Assembly: GCF_018350175.1 (NCBI RefSeq)
Contig: NC_058368.1
Coordinates: forward strand, 239,136,001 to 239,200,000
Direction: 5' to 3'
Origin: Felis catus
Lineage: Eukaryota
DNA: 64,000 nt
Numbering within the stretch: the stretch's first letter is position 1; every line of letters starts with the position of its first letter. The notes beneath the pieces are model-generated. The model ran no database searches. It had not been told where the DNA came from and saw only the letters and a program-made list of their open reading frames with translations. Both the position numbers and the translations under genes were made by a program. Positions 1 through 14,100 of this stretch are shown piece by piece.

Positions 1-1420
1 TCTACAAAAAAGGCTCCAAGAATTACTAATGAATTCAGTAAGTTCACAGATACAAAGTCAACCCAGAACAATAAATTGTATTTCTATACAGTAGTAGAAA
101 GTGAAATGAAACTGCCGTTCTGTTTACAATAACGACAATATGAAATACTTGGTATAAATCTATCAATATACACAGGATCTCCCTGCCACAAACTACAACT
201 ATGGATGAGAGCAGGAAAAGAGCTAATACATGGAGAGAGATGGTGTGCTCGTGCATTAGGGGTCAGTACTTGTAGGTCTCAGTTCTCCTAGGCTGACCTA
301 CTGATGTAACACAACCCAACCCAAATTCCAGCAGGAAGTTTTGTAGATAGCGACAAGCGAATTCTAAAATATATTCGGGAAGACAGAGAACCTAGAATAG
401 CCAAAACAATTTTGAAAAGGAACAAAGATTGGAAGAGTCATACTCTCCGATTTCAAGACTTGCTGTAAAGCTGCAGACACTGAAACCGGCTGGTGCTTGT
501 TCTCAATGGCAGAACACAGTCCAGAAACAGACTCACAAACATAGGGCCACAAGCTTTTTTTACAAGGTGTAAAGGCAATTCAGTGGAGAAGGGGCACATA
601 ATCCTGAGACACCAGGATCTTAACGTGCAGAACGAGGCTATCTCGGCCCATACCCTCGCCTGTAGCAAAGTCAGCTAAAAATGAACCATAAACCTGAATG
701 TAAAACACAAAACGATAAAACTTTGGAGCAAGCATAAAATAAAAATCTTTGCAACCCAGGTGAGGTAAAGAGTTCTCAAATGTGACACGAATCATGACCT
801 ATTTAAAAACTGATAAACTGGGCTTTGTCCAGATTAAGTACTTTCATTCTCTGCAAGACTCTGAAGAGAATGGAGAGAAGCCAGACTAGAGGCAGATGCT
901 TACAAACCACACACAGAACAAAGATCATGTGTCCAGAACACATAAAGAGCTCCAAAGTCAAAAGCGAGGTAGGAAACAACCTGTTTTCACGGGCAAACGT
1001 TTGAGCAGGCTGCTCGCAAGGGGCTCCTTCGATGAACAACCGCGACCTGACAAGAGGCTCTGTGTCATTGGTCATGAAGGAAGCGCAATCCGAAACCGTG
1101 ATGAGATTCTCTTAAAACAGCTTTGAGGAGGGGGAACACAGGACAACAGCAAGCGCACGGACATGGGCACCCCTGTTCTCTGCCACTGGGGACACCGCAC
1201 AGCCACCTGGAGAAACAGCACGCCAGGTCCCCACGACACCAAAAACACTCTTGTCGCACAACCCAGCAACCACACACGCGGGTATCACCCAAAGAGAACC
1301 AGAGCCGATGCACGCGGCTGCTTGTAGCTTTATCCACATACACAAACCCTGGAAACTCAAACGTCCTTTAGTGGTCGGGTGGACAAGCACACCGAGAGGC
1401 CCTCGCACCACAGAAGGACA
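1..1420 (+). mobile_element. Old L1 remnant (ORF2 3' part)
   Basis: Decayed ORF2 motifs: gaattcagtaagttcacagatacaaagtcaac, cctagaatagccaaaacaattttgaaaagg, actctccgatttcaagact. No intact ORF. Confidence 0.8.
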
Positions 1421-3397
1421 AAACCAACTGTGCTCCGGCAGCCGCGCGTCTGGGTCTGGTGCGTGTTGCTGGCACCCAAGCTCCCCGCTGTAGGAGCCCA
1501 CCTATAGGCACCCTGAGAACAGCGGTCGGAGAAGGCCGCAGGGGCCGGAGAACGTGGCTCTGGTGGCCGGGCCCCACACACGGGCAGCACCAGGGGAATT
1601 CGGGCATGATGGTATTGCTGTCTTCTTCACAATGGTGGCCACACCACACTGCCAATAAGAACACGTTTTGGCATGCGTGAACTTAAAAATAAGTGTGAGA
1701 AAATGTACCCACGGCACACCAGAACTCTAGTCAGGGTCAGGTGGCCCGTAGCCCGGCCCCTCCTAGGCCCGAGTCCACAGTTCCTGCTAGCCAGCTGCCC
1801 TGTCCATACCAAACACTACAGACCACCTTAAAAGTGGGAATAGAAGCCCACGACGCTGCTAACTGTGATCTAATGTGTGTGTTTCCAGAACCTACCTGTC
1901 CCATGCCTAGAGCCTGTGCCAAGGTGCTCACCTGGCGGCCCCTCTGGCCATCCACCCTGGCTTCTTGAGGCAGGCAGGGGCCCAAGAGCACTAACCACGG
2001 ATAAAGAAACGCCAGGCCCAGCCCCAACACCAACAGGGATCCTGGACCCCCAACCGCCCCAAATCTTGGTTTCTTCATCTTAAAATAGTGGACGTTAGAC
2101 CACAGGCCCTTTAAAGTCTGTGCCAGCACTACATTTTTATGAATTTATGATGCCTGTCATAAACCTCTCATTTTTTCCAGTTTCTCTTTAACAGACTGAA
2201 GATTAGAAATAAAAGCTGGATTTTCTTGTTATTGCTGCTTGATTTGTTTATTTTGCTGTTAGGGAATATTTTTAAACTTCAAAAAGAGTCTCTAATCACA
2301 AAGTTTGAGAACTGCCACACTAGAAATGTGGTGAGGAGAACCCTCACCATACAATCTAGACTGCTTCCAATCTAAGGGAACTTCCAGAAACTTCTATGGT
2401 CACAGAGAATGTGTTACAAGGGGTGGCAGAAGGAAGCTTCAGGAGCTGTTGGCCCTGTCTTCAAGATGGAGTGGGGCAAGGGGACGGCCGTAGAGCCCCC
2501 TGTGCCGCGGCAAACTGACCAGTAGCCTCGAGTCCTACCCCAGAGGGTAGTTCTCTGAACACACACACTGGGCCAACAGGAGGTATGGGGCTGGGTGCCG
2601 CCCTCCGGCCCCCAGGGAGCTGGTCAGCTCTTGAAGGTCAGGCTGGGCCACTTCCTAGTCTCTAGCTGTGCTGGGACTACCGTGCTGCGTCCATGTCCTG
2701 AGGTCCCCAGGTCCTCGGGGGAAACCTGGTCCTGCTCAGAGAGCAGGACGGCCGCCGAGGGCCAGCAGAGGGGCTGGAGGGCAGTGGTGTGGACACGTGT
2801 GGAACAGGCCCTGGGCTCTCACAGGAGATGGGGGTGTGCACATGCTTCTGTATTTATAGTCGGAACACAGTTTAACAAAGATTTCATGTTTAAGATTTTA
2901 TTATCTTAATTTTTAACATGAATTATAAAAAGAGTCATGCCAGTTATGTTTTGCCAAGAATAAAACTCAAGCTGGCACAATGTTTTCCAGCCCCAAGCTC
3001 ACCAGCTTGGAAAAATCCAACTTTAAAGGAAAAATTAATATTTAAGAATTCACTTCCGAAAAACATGGTAAATAGTGAGGTGTGGAAATATTTCCTCTCC
3101 TGAAACCACAGTATTTCTAAAAGCTACTCTGCTGTTAGGACCCCTGCTCTGCTCCAGACGGGACGGAAAGATACAGGGGCTCTAACAACAGGGTCCCCAG
3201 GTGCCCGCCATACAGAATTTTCATGGAAATCCAACAGTAACCCAGCAAACTGCAAGTATATGGTTGCTTGTATTTTTGTTTTTTAAAAAGGAAGTGATTT
3301 ATAAATTCTGTGATCTTCATGAGAACCATCGCCTCAGCAGGCGTGAAGGCCTTGGAGGGCAGTGGAAGGTATATGGGACTGTAGGTGTCCCTGTGAG

Positions 3398-3820
3398 GAT
3401 CATGGGTGCATAGAGGGGTCATGGGGTCTGTGGGGAATCAGGGGGCCTACAGGGTCATGGGGGCTCCTATGGGGATTGCAGAAGTCCTGGAGGATCATGG
3501 GGGACTGCAGGGAGTCATGAGGCCACGGGGTCATGGGGGGTTCCCTTGGGGACCACTGGGGGTCATGGGGATCATGGGGGACCATGGCGAGTTGTGGAAA
3601 GTCATGGGTTTGTGAAGGTCCCTGGGGGGCCATGGGGGGTCATGGGAGGCCACTGGAGGTCAGGGGGTCATGGGGATCCCTGTGGGGACCATGGGAGGCC
3701 ATGGAGTCACGGGGGACTGTAGGAAGTCATGGGGGATCATGGGGTCATGGGGGTCCCTGTGGGGACCGTAGGGGGCATGGGGGTCATGGGGGGGCCATGG
3801 CAGGTCAGGGGTCATGGTGG
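3398..3820. repeat. Degenerate G-rich minisatellite (GGGGTCATGG-type units)
   Basis: About 20 variants of g(g/a)tcatgggg / ccatggg across ~420 bp. Confidence 0.85.
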
Positions 3821-5263
3821 CAGATAGGAACCCCCAGATCCGAGGCAGGAGCATCTCTGGCTCCCCTCCAACCAGCCCAGATGCTTTCCATCTGCCCACT
3901 TGTCGTCAGCAGATGGTAGAGCCCCACCCTCCACCTACCCTTTAGGTGAGGCACTGTGGGGACATCTTGGCTGAGGTGCCCTAGGGGCACATCCCCACCA
4001 CCAAAGCCCACATGCCAAACAGCTGAGCACCCAGGAATTCACACGTAGACAGCTGGAAGCCACCCAGAGGGCCAGGGAAAGCGCCTGGGGGGGAAGCCGA
4101 CTGAAGGGTGGGAAGCGAGACTCGGGCGGGGGTGAACCAGGCAGAAGATCCCGGTCCTCTGTCCTCCATGAGGGGCGCCGGCTCGCAAACAAACCTCTGA
4201 GCTCATTCCTGCGGTGAAGGCACCAGGGCAGCAGCTGGGCCAGCAGGCAGCGCACGGGCCAGCCAGTGGACGAGGACCCGGGGCTGCCCTTCAGGACCCG
4301 CCTGGGACAGGCCGCTCTGGCTGCCGCGGGGCAGCTGGGGTGCAAACAGAACACTGAGCGAGACTGCTGGGGAACCCCCGAGAAGGGGCCGATGGGCTCC
4401 AAGCAGACTCAATTTCATCAGCATAAAAGGAGCCAACGCGCCACCATTTCTGCCTTTAGCGCGTCAGCCCAACAGAGGGGCGAGTGTGTGCAGCTGAGGA
4501 CACTTCACTTTGGGGGGACGGGACTGCCACCAAGCAGGGCTGAGCGCTGGGAACCCAGTGTTGGGGTCCCAAAGGGGACACGCAGGGGGACACATGGGGC
4601 CCGGCCAGGGGAAGCACGGCCTCGGGGGCACCTCAGCGGCTGGTTACAGGCCCCTCCTGAGGTGGGGAAAACCAGGGTCTCTCAGCCACCGGTGGAGGCA
4701 GCGACCCCCTTGCTCTGTACAGTGACTCGACCCAGCCCGGAAAGCTCCACCTCGCTGTCCTATCTTGCTTGAGGAACTGAGCCACGCATGCCCCTGCCCC
4801 TTGAGAAGCGGGCCACGGGAGAGGGTCAGGAAGGGCAAGGCGCCTCAGAGTCACCAGAGGTGAGAGGCCCCGGCTCGGGGAAAAGGCTGACCCAGGCCCC
4901 AGATGCCGTGCGTGTAATATGGACAGCTGGGCCAGCCTGCACCTGCCACACCCTGCAAAACTCGTGTGATTCTCTGTCATTAATAATAATAATAATTCTG
5001 AAAAACCCTGCTGAATTGACTGACAAGTCAAACCAGAGAATGCAGAATGAGAAATGGTTTTTACACTTGAGGTGTATGGGCCAAGGCCACCTCTGGTTCC
5101 CTGTCCCAACCTGCTGGGCCTCACCTGGGCATCTGTGTCTGACCCCCTGCTGCTCCCAGGGCCACATTTCCAGTAAATTGTTAGTGGTCCAACCTGACGA
5201 CCAGCGGGCAGACAGACCCCACGCAGCGTGACAGGCATGTGATGGGAGGACGAGGGGACTCAC

Positions 5264-5367
5264 CTCCAGCAGCAGCCTTCCCTCCAGCACGGTGGACCCT
5301 CCGCTCAGACCGCTGTCTTCTGGTGAGGGGGTACCAGCCGCCGGCTGCCGTGGGCACTTCTGCACGG
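5264..5367 (-). CDS. AHRR: AHRR exon 4, 104 bp (bHLH-PAS linker, start of PAS-A)
   Basis: ttcttctctgacag|CC GTG CAG AAG...CTG CTG GAG|gtgagt = (A)VQKCPRQPAAGTPSPEDSGLSGGSTVLEGRLLLE. Phase 1 in, matching the previous exon; VLEGRLLLE is the AHRR motif. Confidence 0.93.
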
Positions 5368-8015
5368 CTGTCAGAGAAGAACGAAGCAAGTCTGTCAACA
5401 CCCTTCCTGGGCCCCAGACCTGCTTACCTTCTTCTGTTTCCCAAGTTCTTGGCCGCCACCCTCCCAAGCCGCATTCCCAAGCTGACCTGGGGTCTCCTTC
5501 GTGGGACGCATGGGGGCAGCACAGCTGGAACTGGACCCGGGCTGACCAGGGCAGCCAGGTGGGAGCACCAAGTGTGATATTCAGGAGATCAGGCCATCGG
5601 GGCTGGGCCTCACCTCGAGGACCCCACCCCTACTCTGCTCTGCAGAAACTGCTCTCTGCCCCCTCCTGTAAACCCCTCAGAATCCCGCCCAGCCTCAGAG
5701 ACACCGCCCAGGGGTCCCCAAGGTCCTCTCTGGAGACCCAAGCTCCAGTAGGTGCCCTAACTCGGCACTGCTGGTCTTCATAACTCAGACCACCCTGGAA
5801 GTGCCCACGCGACCTCATCATGCCCCCAGCTCCCCCAACCGCTCCCCAACCCCCAACCTGGTGTGGAGCGGCCCACACTGCACGGAAGGGCCCCCTGGCA
5901 TGACTCAGGTGCCCCCCAAGGGTGGCAGCTTCCTGGCCCTCCCCCAGCCCCAACCCCAGTGTGGCCCCATCTCCGTTTTGGGGTGAAAGCTCAGACATAC
6001 AGACATGCCATCCACATCCCCGTTTACTGGCACCTGTTGTGGACCCCCAGCTGCATGCCCAGGGTCCCCATCCACATGGAGAATTATGGGAGGACCCCTG
6101 GGGTGCGGAAAGGGGGCCGCCCGGAGCCTCCTTGGAGGGATGGGCAGACCAGGAAGGGCCTCCCAGTTGCCCCTCAGGTCAGTTTCCAAACTGAAGCTGC
6201 AGGTGATGTCAGTGCAACTGGGGGTCAAAGGGCCCTGCCTGGGGCAGGCAGAACCCTTGCATTTGTCCAGGTCTTGGGAGAAAATACAAACACGGGCACT
6301 TAAATCTCCCGCATTTTCTCTTCCAAAACCACCAAGCTGTGCTGAACTCCTCTAGGGCACGTGGGTCGTAGTGATTGTGCTACCCAGGTAGTTTTTACTT
6401 CATCAGCACCTTCACACCCCCCCTGAGCCGCACTCAGAGCCAGGGTCTGCCCCACATCCACTGTACCTTCCCCCCCATATCAGCGAGCTATGGGCAGTTT
6501 GCTATGGGCAAACTCCGCCACGGAGTTTGATAGAAATTCAGGCCCCCAGGTCCCCAGAGCCCAGGGACTGCAGGGCCCCAATGTTTGCACTCCAGGCGAG
6601 ACGCTCTGCCCACACCTCTTGTCAGGCACGGACTGCCCTCCCTGGTGGGACCCTCACCCCACACCAGCTGCACTGCCGGACTGGCAGCTTCCTGCCTCCC
6701 ACCAGAGGCCACGCTGGGCCCCTTCACTCAAGCCCTCTGGTGCCAGGTGCAGGGAAACTGTTGAGCCGAGTGTCCACAGAGGCAAAGGGTTGGATGCAGG
6801 GAGGTGGCCCTCGGGAGAGCCCCACAGACGGTGGTCACGTTGGGGCCTTTGGTCTCTGTCTGGCCCCCCCGTCCTTCCCTCTCCCAGAGGGCTTTGCTCT
6901 ATCAACCTCTCTCCCACAGCTAAGAAGCACTGGAACTCTGTTCTCTGCTCTAAATACTCCCAGAAATGAACGCATTTCCTTGGCCAGAAAGCAGGAAACA
7001 AGAACAGTCACACCTGGGGGTTGCTGGGCAAAGGTACAGGGGCGGTCGGTGCTGCAGACTGCCCAGGCCCCTCTCCCAACCGAAAACCTCACCAGCAATC
7101 AAGGCCCCACCGCTCACTAAGCTTTGAGATGTGTCGAAAGCCAGGGACATTTAGAGGTGCCTATTTTTACTCCCTTTGGGAACACAACCCTGTCGTTCAG
7201 AAAGCTGAAAGGTCTGAATTCACTAAACTCACACAGCTCCCCACCCCCAGCACACAGAAGCAGAAAACAGACCTTGGTGAAGCGAATGCCATGTCCCCTG
7301 AGGGAAGCTTCTGGTCTCAGAACACCCCGAAGGCTGAGGTGGGCCTCTGCCGGGGGTCACACAGGACCCCATGCTCTCAGAGGCCCAGAAAGATAAAGGA
7401 GGAGAAACACTGGCATGTGAGTCCCTGTCCCACCCCTCCCCTCCCCCACCAGAGGGTCTTATCCTGCTGCCACAGCAGGGAGGCCACAGCTCTCCACCAG
7501 GGTATGGGCAGGGCCTGTGCAGCACCTGTGGTGAATTTGGGGCTCAATGAAGGCCAGGAGTGCCGTTGGCTGGGCAGAGACAGGACCCCCCACCACCTCA
7601 GTGCATCCTGGGCCGCCTGCCCATACACCCAGGCCACCAAGGCCCTCCACAAAGCAAACTCCATTGTGGAGGGGTCATTCCCACCCCCACCCCAGCTCAA
7701 GCCAGCTCCCTGCCCCCAGCCTTCTCCAACACACCCCTCAAACTGAGGGCAGGGGAAGGCAGGGATTGGACTGCCCCTGCCTGCCTGTTCTCTTGCCCCT
7801 GCAGACCCTGTTGGGGGCAATGACTTCCACAGCTGTGAAGCTGGGGTGGGGGAAAATCCCAGCATGGTGACATCACTGCCCTGCGGGGTGTTCACTGCCT
7901 CCCAACCTGATGGGCTACATCCTGTCCTGTACCCTCTAGAGGCAGAAGCGGGGGACACCCTCTCTAAGTTCTCTCCCCACCCACGGGGACACCGTGGGAC
8001 ACCGGCCCCCGAGCA

Positions 8016-8177
8016 TCGCGTGTCCCCCCCCCCCAGCTGGGCACCCCCACTTCCCCTCCTCTGCAGCCACATCCCGGCGGGGCACGCCCAGCGGGGCCTC
8101 CTCTGGGCTCCTGTCACGCGATGGGGCCATCAGCGCTGCAGTGACAGCCACCTGGACCCAAGCCAGGGCCTCGCGTG
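8016..8177. promoter_or_regulatory. Candidate AHR-responsive intronic enhancer: three TCGCGTG XREs
   Basis: TCGCGTG at 8016-8022, CACGCGA at 8115-8121, TCGCGTG at 8171-8177, and an extra CACGC core at 8083-8087, in a CpG-enriched patch of AHRR intron 3. Confidence 0.55.
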
Positions 8178-11100
8178 CGAGCACAGCCGCAGACGCGCCC
8201 CACCCCCAGGCCTGTGGCAAGACAGAAAGAAACCGAATGCAGGAGCCGGGGGTGGGGGCCAGCTTTCCCGGAAATCCATGCGAGCTGACAGTGCCTGCCG
8301 CTCACTTCCCAGGTCCCCCACTTCAGGGGCCCTCAGGGAGTCGAAACAGAGCAGCAAACTCGGGTGGGGTGTGGGGTCGCAGCCAGGGTCCCACCGTGCC
8401 TCCCACGGGCAGGTGGCCAGGCAGGGCAGAGCAGCAGGGTCCCGGGGAGGGGGACAACCGGTAAGGAGGGCAGGAGGCAGCCGGTAAGCTGCGCCCCCTC
8501 CTCAGCCCTCTTGGCTCAGCTCTGCCCTGGATCCACTCCCCCACCTCAGGGTTTCTCTCCTGTCCTGCGTTCTCTGTCCCCCCTGAATGCAGGTCTCACC
8601 TGAGGGCCTGAGCTGGGAGTGCAACAGGGACTGGGGCTGTGGGCAAGGCCACCAGGGCCCTGGAAACCTCTGCAGACAGACCTCAGCCCCACTGCTGGGT
8701 CTGCCCTGGGGGGGTCCCCCCTCTCCTCCTCCACGACAAGGGACAAGCCCACCACCTGGCCCCTGTCACCGCCCCCTCTGCACCTGACTGCCCATGGTAA
8801 CAGGTCAGGGAGAAAGGCTCTTGGGGAACAGGTGGGGGTGCAGGGTGTCCTTCTGGGGAGCTGGTGAGAGTGTGGGGAGAGTCTGCCGGGGGCCCTCCGA
8901 AGGCCCGGCTTGTCAAGAAGGCCACGAAGAGGAAGTTCCAGGCATGTGAGCCCCCACAGACCAGCAGGGGCTCAAGAGGCCCATCCACGCACAAGTGGCC
9001 CAGACCCCTCGTGAGCCGCTGGCACTGCCCTGCCCACAGAAAGGAGGCCGGGCTGAGTGCGCTGGCTCCCACCAGAACCACGTCCCATAGGTCCCGCCCT
9101 GTGGGCAGCTAGTCCTCCTGCCCTGCCTGGACTCTGAGGGGCAACTGGGGGCCTCTGAGAGCCCTGGGGACTGGCCTGAAGCCAGCTTTCCGCACCCGGT
9201 CTGTCACACAGAGCTCGGGGCCATGTGGCAGACAGAGGAGGCATGAGCCAGGCTGCCCACTCCCAGAAACAAACGGACTCCCTCGGGCTCACCGCTCAGC
9301 CTGAACCCTGAAGAAGCCAGCTCCTCCCCGACTCTGAGTCACCCAACGACCCCAGAGCACCAGCCACAATGAGACTCTCCAACAACTGGTGCTTCTCACT
9401 TCATTGGCTTCTTACATCCTCAAGAAGGTTCACTTGGGACACAGAGAATCCGAAAAACCATGGAGACAGTGGCCATCCCTGTCTCCACGCAAGCCGGGGC
9501 GGGGGGACGCTTCAGAAGGGAGGGGACACTTCCCCACTTCCCTTGAGGCTGACTGGGACTGCCTGCACCCTGCCAGCTCCTACCCCGCACCCCAACCTCT
9601 CCACTATGAGACCTCCATTTCCCTCACACAGGGGAGACTCAGCAAGGTGCCACCCTGGGCCAAACCACATGCCACTGGGGCCTGGTGCCCCACCACAGTA
9701 GCTGCTTAGAGGTCGTGTGGCTGGGTCCGGCCAATGACAGGTGCCAAGTGTTTTTGGCGGAGGAGAAGCTAGAAGACTCCCCTATCTCTGCCTCTGGATG
9801 GTGCTGTGATGCTCAGAAAGTGGCAGCCACTTTGTTCCCTGCTCAGGTGAAGCCAACTCCTTTCAATGCAGATAGGACAGGTAAGCAGGACAGCTGGGTC
9901 CAGGTGCAGGGTGCACTGAATGTGAGAGCCGTCTAGAGGTTGGGTAGGACTCCTGCCACCCAGAGTATTAAAAGCCAGGGGCCCCACTGGAGGCTGGACT
10001 GAAACCCCGATTCTGGCCATTTGCAGGTCCTGGAGTGGACGGGCCTATGTCCATTGGCCGGCTGAATCAAACACCTGCCTGGTATAACGTGGCTTCATTT
10101 CGGAGTTGAGCCCTGGGGCCCTGCACAGTGTGTCCCAACTTTCACGCTCTGGGTAGCACCCATGGCACGTCTCCTCCTCCTCTTCCTCCTCCTCCTCCTC
10201 CAGCCCCAGTCTAGCAGGCCTTCCCGCTAGAGGCCTGCCCCACGCCTTCACAGGTCAGAGCTGATCTCCACACTTCCCTACATGTCCCTATGGAGGCAGA
10301 TGACGTGACCACGGCTCTGCTCTGCTCTTCCCCGTGCTACACCCAGAGGTCAGGGGTAGAGGGGAAACAGGTGAGCTTGAAGCACCCTGGGGACCCCCGA
10401 GGAGCAAGAGTGCCCTCCTATCTCTGCCCAATTCTCATCAGAAGCTAACCTCCGTCCCAGAGCCCCTCAGAGACATGCTTAGCAGAGGAGAGCATACAGC
10501 TTAGAGCAGGGAGTTCTGGGAGCCTCACCCTCCTATAAGACAGGCCCAACAACATCGACAGGCTTCATGAGCACACCAGGAAGGTGCTCTTGGCACGCCA
10601 CCTGGGGGCCCGGGCTGCCCACCTGGAGACTGACAGGTGTAGGACGTGGAGGGCCAGCCACGAGGGAAGGTTGGCTGTGTTGACTTGGTTCCATCCACCG
10701 CCAGGGCCCCTTCTAGAGGGCCAGCATGAGGTTTCTGGGCCCATGTGTGTTTGGGAGTGGATGGGTGCCCCCGGGAGCCCTGGCTCACCTCTCCCCACAC
10801 CCGGTCTCTCCAACCAGACCAAGGCCATGGCAGAGAGCTAGGCAGGTGCTTCCCAGGAGTAGGGGGGAGATGGTGGGTGGGGAGCTGCACCCATGGGAGG
10901 GCACAGGCTCCCCAACAGGGTCTACAGACCTGCAGTTCTACATCAGTTTCTACATCAAATTAATGGGCCATCACCTCACAGTTGTCGAGCTTTCAAACCA
11001 TCCCTCCCTTTACTTTTCAAGGACGAAAAGATTAACTCCTTGTTTTGCTTCTGACAGAGGGAAATGGAGCATACACGCTGGGAGGGAGGGTTTGCAGTGA

Positions 11101-14100
11101 TTCTTGACGGCCTCAGGCTATTCACAGAGGTCGCTCCTGGCCTTGCCCTTACCTTCTAAACAGGCTGCTCTCCATACCCAGATGCAGAGGTCTGCCTGGC
11201 TCCTGCACAGGGAAGGGCAAAGGGAAACACCACCCTTAGGTTCTCTGGGCAGGAGGCTATTGACAAACACAGCCTCATCTAGCCACCAAAGGGTGGGGGG
11301 GGGGCGGTCCTGACGACAAGTCGGGAGTGCCCAGGTGGGTGGCAGGCTGAGAGGGAAGAGGGCCCAGTGGCACAGGGTGGCTCTGGGAAGGCCCTTGGCA
11401 GTTAAGAGCAGCAAGCTGTGTGCAAAGCATGTGCGGGAAGAGGTGTCTGGGAAGGGGCCAAGACGATGAGGGTCTGGAGAAGCCCCAGTCCCCGCAGAAA
11501 ACAGGTGGTACCAACTGAGAGGGGCAAAGCGCTGGCCAGGCTGCTCCTGTGGCTGGGGGCTCTGCCCTTCCTGGGGCATCCACAGAGGCCCATCAGTCCT
11601 GCACCCCCAGAGTGAGGACGAGCTGGCCCCATCCCTGGGAGGGCAGGCCTCTCAAGCCTGGGGCATGTGCAGACAAGAACCTCTTAAGGTTCCCATGAAA
11701 AGATGTGCTGCCTCAACCTGCACATTCCCTCTGCAGCCCTGCAGGGACCTCGCCCACTCCAAAGGGCACTCGTCCATGACCTGCTCCAACTCTGCAGGCA
11801 GATGGGGGTTTCTGGAGGGATGTTCACCGTGGCCCCTCTCTGTGACACTCCACCTCACCCAGGCTGCAGGCCTGGCCGGAGGAGATCCCCTGAGGGGCAG
11901 CATGGGGGCGGGGTGAGGGCAAGCCTGCTGGCCTTCCCTTCTCGGGTGATCCATTCATTCGTTTGAGGCTGGATGTCTCCCCCATGCTGGTGGGGGGTGC
12001 ACCCCAGCCACGTCCCCACGGTCTTCCCAGGCAGTGCCCCCTCCTATGAATCACAAAATGATTTCATGATTACACACGGGGGCCCCCACAGGCAGGGCAC
12101 ACGGGGACTGACATTTACATCTCTTATTCCCTGCATCATGCCAACCAACCAGGTGGGCCCAGCAGGTAAGAGAACAGGCCCAGAGGGGCGGATGGAGCAG
12201 AAGTAACCAAGGGTGTGTGTACACACGGCATGTCCTGTGCGAGGGTGTATATGCTCTATGTTGGGGCCCAGACAACGAGGGAGGGCAGGAGAAACATTGC
12301 TTTTGACACGTGGCGTGGGCACATTTTAACAGGAGGCGAAGATGTCTGTGGCCCGTGGAGAACCAGCAGCCAGGGCAAGGGTCCCAGCAGGTGCAGACTG
12401 GCAGGTGCGAGTCCTTGCAGGACCCTTGCCGTGGCAGCCAGAGAGAGGGAAGGGTTAAAGCTGCCATTCAAAGCCTCAAGGTCCCTAGGCAAGAAAAAAC
12501 ATCACGAGTATAAAGAAACACGCTTGTTTCTTTCAAGCTCTTCATTTAGGGAGTAAGAGCACATTCCAAGATGTACGTTGCATCAAGTTGTCGATTTTCT
12601 GTAAAAACTTTCCGTATTTTCCAAAATGTACCAGGCCTGCTTTAGAGATTTCACACTTTAGTACGGCTGAAAAGGCACCACAGAAAATGCATTTCCTCAG
12701 AGCCAGTGATGAGAGAGAGGCAGTGGCCACCCCATCCACTTTCTCTGGTCAAAAGAACACATTTCCAACCACTTCTGCGTAAGTTGGGTCACATGTCCTG
12801 CAGAGAAAGTGCACTCTTTCCTTAAATCCCCAAAGCAAGATACAACCAAAAACAGCTCTTTGGGAAGAAAAAGAGAGGGGAACTTACACACATTGGGGAT
12901 CCATATCCTTTTCATGGTGTGAAACATCCGGGACAAGCCCACTCGTTCGGCGTTTTTGTTAAGTTTCAACGCATCACGAGAGAAGTACGCCAGCGTCAAG
13001 CCAAGAGTTCAAGGAACATTTTGTGAAACATGACAAAACATAACCCACACAGCATGCTGGTGCTTTGAGAAAGTCCAATACTTACTCGACAAATAACTGC
13101 GTGGTGTGCAGGTACATGAAGCAGCCCACGAGCCAGTGTGCAGGACCCACGGTCACACCCACAGTCAGCGAGCCCTGGCCTACCCTTGGGTGCTCTGAGC
13201 TGCCACGCTGGGGGACTCTTTGCTAGCAAAGAGTCTGGGGCAAAGAGTCTGGGGCTGTACCTACTGGTCCAGTGTCCTGAGCTCTGGAGAAGCAAAGCTA
13301 CCAGAGAACGTCTGATTCACGTATAAAGAATGAACTTATGATATATTTGTAAAGAAGCCTCCAGTTACATAACCTCAAATTTGCAAATAACCTGACAAGG
13401 TGGTTGTGTGAATCATCACCACACGTCACTGTGAAGGAAGCGCTTCCTACCATGCTTCCCTCGTGGTGGATGCTACAGGCTGAAGGGATGTGGAGGCCTC
13501 GGTGCCCAGAGCTGTCCAGGTGCACAGGCCTCTGCGGGATGTGGTCGTTCCCTTGCTCAACAGGCACCCCTTTCTTCAGCGTCTACAATGCCAGCCCATC
13601 CTGGGGGTGTACCTCCTGGGGAGGCTGTCTGGGGTTGACACGAGAAACAACCCGGAGGAGTGGAGGCGCCGCGGGGGCCTGGCTGCAAGAAAATGAGCCC
13701 AGCAGGTGCGCAGAGCTACCAAGGGAGTATCCCCCAAGCGAGACACGGGGCGACCCCTCTGCTCGCTCTGTGGCACCCTGCTCCCCCAGTGTTTCCCAGT
13801 CCCCACAGCTGCCCACTGGCCTGCTCCCCCTGACCAGCCAGCACTGCTCAGACCCCGCCTGCAAAACGGCTGATGCTAACGGTGGCTGCAGAAAGTGCTA
13901 GCAATTCTCTTGCTTTTTACCAAGGACTGGGTGCCCAAAGAGCCAAGTGCTTCGGGAAGGTTCCAATGGGACTTGCCTGACAAACACATGGGTGTGCCAC
14001 GCCCTCCCGGGACCCACCAGCTCCCCCAGGCACGTGCTCTTCACTGGCTCCGGAGCCGCCCCCATTCACACCCGCTCCGGAGCCACCCGGGTCCACACCC

